NCBI GenBank assembly: GCA_963844705.1
Contig: CAWJPI010000005.1
Location: forward strand, 136-64,135
Direction: 5' to 3'
Origin: Vulcanimicrobiota bacterium
GTDB lineage: Bacteria; Vulcanimicrobiota; Vulcanimicrobiia; Vulcanimicrobiales; Vulcanimicrobiaceae
DNA: 64,000 nt
The notes under the pieces are model-generated. The model was not told the DNA's origin. It saw only the letters and a program-made list of their open reading frames with translations, and did not search any database. Positions 61,627-64,000 of this stretch are shown piece after piece (within the stretch, counting starts at the first letter, position 1; the number at the start of each line of letters is the position of its first letter). The translations under genes were made by a program, and so were the position numbers.

Positions 61627-61752
61627 GTGAGAGTAGGTTATGCGTTGAGCTGCTGCGCGGCTGCCGCAATGCTGGCAGGGTGCGGCGGATCGCAGCCGCC
61701 GATCGGCGCGCCGGGCGCGATTCAAATAACCGCAAGCGCTGGTCACGAATGA
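61627..61752 (+). pseudogene. orphan copy of the lipoprotein leader (41 codons, then stop)
   Basis: The GTG at 61627 gives VRVGYALSCCAAAAMLAGCGGSQPPIGAPGAIQITASAGHE-stop. The nucleotide core GCAATGCTGGCAGG(C/G)TGCGGCGG(G/A)TCGCAGCCGCCGATCGG is nearly identical to 60655..60698. Confidence 0.6.
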
Positions 61753-62330
61753 GGTTCGGCGTGTATCGTAGCTCTTTCCGTAGCCTTATCATTTGCGTGG
61801 CTGTAGCGGTCTGTCTATCCGCATCTCCACTTGTAAATGCTGCCGCCGAGTTTCCGGTGCGTGCCGGCGTTTTCAAAACTCGCCTTGAATCTGACAAAGC
61901 CGCTTACCGCGTAGGCGAGGCGATACGACTACGAGTGACGTTCATAAATAGCACAGATCACTATCTTAACTACAAGTGGCTGCCCGTGTGGGGGCTGAGC
62001 GGCCTTATCGTTCACGATGCGCACGGGAATTTAGTGGTTTCGAAAGGGAATCGAGGTGGCTTCGTTACGTCTGCCGCGACGTCGCAGTTTACGCCCGGGG
62101 AAGTCAGCGTTGCGAATTTCTTCGATCCCGAAACGGGTAGGGATTCTCAATGGGCTCGTCTTGACTATTGGGGTTACAATCTCAACGAGCCTGGCGTGTA
62201 TACGGTCGCAGTGTTTCCGACGATATTTGCTTGGGAGAGCTTCGATCAGTACAGCCAAAAAGACGCAGCGTGGTTCCACACCTCGCCGACGGACAAATCC
62301 AATTCCGTACGCATACAGATCGTACAATAG
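61749..62330 (+). CDS. secreted hypothetical protein
   Basis: The ATG at 61749 overlaps the orphan-leader stop as ATGA. The signal peptide is MRFGVYRSSFRSLIICVAVAVCLSASPLVNA, and the beta-rich body has no family I recognise. Confidence 0.55.
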   Translation: MRFGVYRSSFRSLIICVAVAVCLSASPLVNAAAEFPVRAGVFKTRLESDKAAYRVGEAIRLRVTFINSTDHYLNYKWLPVWGLSGLIVHDAHGNLVVSKGNRGGFVTSAATSQFTPGEVSVANFFDPETGRDSQWARLDYWGYNLNEPGVYTVAVFPTIFAWESFDQYSQKDAAWFHTSPTDKSNSVRIQIVQ

Positions 62331-62579
62331 CGGAGCTCCTCGCGTTCGATCGTTTTTCGACGAGCACGCTCTGCCCCTCTGCACGACGTTCGCGACAGCG
62401 AGGCCGTTGCTACGCGGCGACGAGAGCTTTGCTGCATGGCGGGCATTGCAGCATGGATCGGCATTGCTGCTGCGCTGGCATGGCGGCATAGCTCGCTGAT
62501 CGGCATAGCCAGCCCAGCAGCATGGCCCGGCTTCGATCGCTTAGAACGCCCTCGGCGGTCACTCAAAAGCGGCCACCCG

Positions 62580-64000
62580 TGGCCACTTGAAAACCGGCCA
62601 GAAGTCGGTGGCCACTTGAAAATAGGCCACTGGTAAAGCCGGCCGTCTAGCTCAGACCTCTCGGCGCGAAGAGCGCCGTATGAACGAACTGAGGATGAGC
62701 GAACGAACCAAGATCATCGGTCTGCTCAGCATGGGCTTCACACAGCGGCAGATCGAGCGCGAAACCGGCCACCGTCGGGAAACGATTGCCAAGATCGGCC
62801 GTGAGGCCGGGCTGCTGCCGCCAAAATGTAGCAGCTCGGACCCAAAAGCGGCCAAGGTGGCCACCGGCTCTCGGCGATCTCGGAGCAGCTGCGAACCCTT
62901 CCGCGACGTCATCGAGGCGGAGCTGGAGAAAGGCTGCCACGGCGTTTCGATCTACCAGTATCTGGTCGAGCACTGCGGTTACGACGGTGCCTACAACGCC
63001 GTCAAGCGATTCGTCGGCAAACTGCGACCCAACGAACCCAAGGTGAGCTGCCGCTTCGAAACGCCGGCCGGTCAAGAAGCGCAAGTTGACTACGGCGAGG
63101 GCGCGCCGACACTGCACCCGCGCACCGGCAAATACCGGCGACCGCGGCTGTTCGTGATGACGCTGGGCATGAGCCGCTACTACTTTCCGAAAACCGTGTG
63201 GACGTCGTCCAAGCAGACGTGGTGCGAGCTGCACGAAGATGCCTTTGCCTACTACGGTGGCGTGACGGCGATCGTGCGGCCGGACAATCTGCGCGAAGGC
63301 GTTCTCGATCCTGACATCTACGATCCGGAACTCAACCAGTTGTACGCGGCGATGCTCGCGCACTATGGCGCGATTGGTTTTCCTTGCCGGCCGTACGCGC
63401 CGGACTTGAAGGGCAAAGTCGAATCCGGTATCCATCACGTGCAGCGAGCGCTCAAGGGCAAGCGGTTCGAGAGCACCGCCGAGCAGAACGAATGGCTGCT
63501 ACGCTGGAACTCCAACTGGGCGGCCACGCGCATCCACGGCACGACAAAACGACAAGTGCGTGCGATGTTTGAAGAGGAGCGCCCACATCTCTTGCCGTTG
63601 CCGCCGACGCGGTTTGAATACTACGAGATCGCTGAGCGACGCGTTCACCTCGACGGCCACATCGAAGTACAGGCGGCTTACTATTCCGTTCCGCCGCGCT
63701 ACGTTGGAACCAAGGTTGTCGTGCATATTGGCCGACTTTGGCTGCGGATTCTCGACCCTCAAACGCACCAGCTGATTCGAGAGCACGCGGTAACCGGAAG
63801 AGGGCAGCGCCGCACGATCGCCGCCGACCTCCCGAAGCAGACGCCGCTCAAGGTACTCGACTTGGTTGCTCGGATCGCTGAATTCGGGCCGCACTGCGGG
63901 GCTTTTGCTCGGGCCGTTGAGAACGAGCGCGGCATCCTGGCAGCGCGCACCCTCTTTGGCGTAATCGATCTCATTCGGCGCTACGGGCCGGAAAGCGTCG
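62580..64000 (+). mobile_element. second, different IS21-family element, left part (runs off right edge)
   Basis: Direct repeats GTGGCCACTTGAAAA at about 62579 and about 62609, with a partial third copy near 62565, resemble the multiple terminal IstA-binding repeats of IS21-type ends. An intact istA follows. The exact left terminus is not determined (about 62560-62580). Confidence 0.7.
62680..64000 (+). CDS. istA: IS21-family transposase IstA, 5-prime partial (no stop in window)
   Basis: This is my own translation from the ATG at 62680. It reads MNELRMSERTKIIGLLSMGFTQRQIERETGHRRETIAKI (HTH), then CRFETPAGQEAQVDYGEG...RPRLFVMTLGMSRYYF...RPDNLREGVLD...PYAPDLKGKVESGI (DDE core). The frame stays open for about 440 codons to the window end. 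It is not in the supplied ORF track. Confidence 0.85.
   Translation, partial: MNELRMSERTKIIGLLSMGFTQRQIERETGHRRETIAKIGREAGLLPPKCSSSDPKAAKVATGSRRSRSSCEPFRDVIEAELEKGCHGVSIYQYLVEHCGYDGAYNAVKRFVGKLRPNEPKVSCRFETPAGQEAQVDYGEGAPTLHPRTGKYRRPRLFVMTLGMSRYYFPKTVWTSSKQTWCELHEDAFAYYGGVTAIVRPDNLREGVLDPDIYDPELNQLYAAMLAHYGAIGFPCRPYAPDLKGKVESGIHHVQRALKGKRFESTAEQNEWLLRWNSNWAATRIHGTTKRQVRAMFEEERPHLLPLPPTRFEYYEIAERRVHLDGHIEVQAAYYSVPPRYVGTKVVVHIGRLWLRILDPQTHQLIREHAVTGRGQRRTIAADLPKQTPLKVLDLVARIAEFGPHCGAFARAVENERGILAARTLFGVIDLIRRYGPESV

Noticed and set aside
62647-63438. A 263-aa minus-strand ORF, with neighbours at 63499..63894 and 63759..63974.
   Set aside because: They are antisense to a clean, motif-bearing IstA transposase frame on the plus strand.

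Overview
This is a high-G+C bacterial chromosomal window with about 60 genes and no rRNA, tRNA or CRISPR that I can support.

**Core region (about 1-50.7 kb).** This part is housekeeping and metabolic. In order it carries:
- an Lrp regulator with kdd and kamA (lysine 2,3-aminomutase route), a cytochrome P450, a DUF2079 membrane protein and a LOG-family protein;
- a very large lipoyl-PSBD-E2o-E1o 2-oxoglutarate dehydrogenase fusion;
- a TsdA-like diheme cytochrome c with Tat-exported neighbours, rmuC, a peroxiredoxin and an acyl-CoA dehydrogenase;
- a cell-envelope block: ftsE-ftsX, an M23 peptidase and two tandem S41 Ctp peptidases;
- RNase E/G and a PLC/AcpA-type phosphoesterase;
- rodA preceded by minC-minD-minD-minE, with minD tandemly duplicated;
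- an M48 protease, a DUF697 protein and a sigma-region-4/TPR regulator;
- dnaX-ybaB-recR divergent from recQ;
- several secreted beta-propeller lipoproteins and an amidohydrolase.

**Accessory region (about 50.7 kb to the end).** G+C is visibly lower and the region looks accessory. It contains:
- gene remnants: a BKACE gene with an internal deletion and an MBL-fold N-terminal stub;
- a complete IS21-family element (55041..57475, 5-bp target duplication ACCGG) that splits a membrane/GAF-like sensor gene;
- a second, different IS21-family element that runs off the right edge; its intact istA is absent from the supplied ORF track;
- a lipoprotein family in which one near-identical signal/lipobox leader is attached to unrelated mature domains.

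**Caveat on sequence quality.** About 20 genes are broken by single-base frame changes. These include essential genes, and dnaX alone has roughly ten or more. The breaks are unevenly distributed. I treat most of them as probable consensus indel errors and give spanning coordinates for those genes.

**Novelty.** I found no canonical defence system or biosynthetic cluster. The most unusual biology I can support is the duplicated minD operon, the shared-leader lipoprotein family and the full E2o-E1o fusion.
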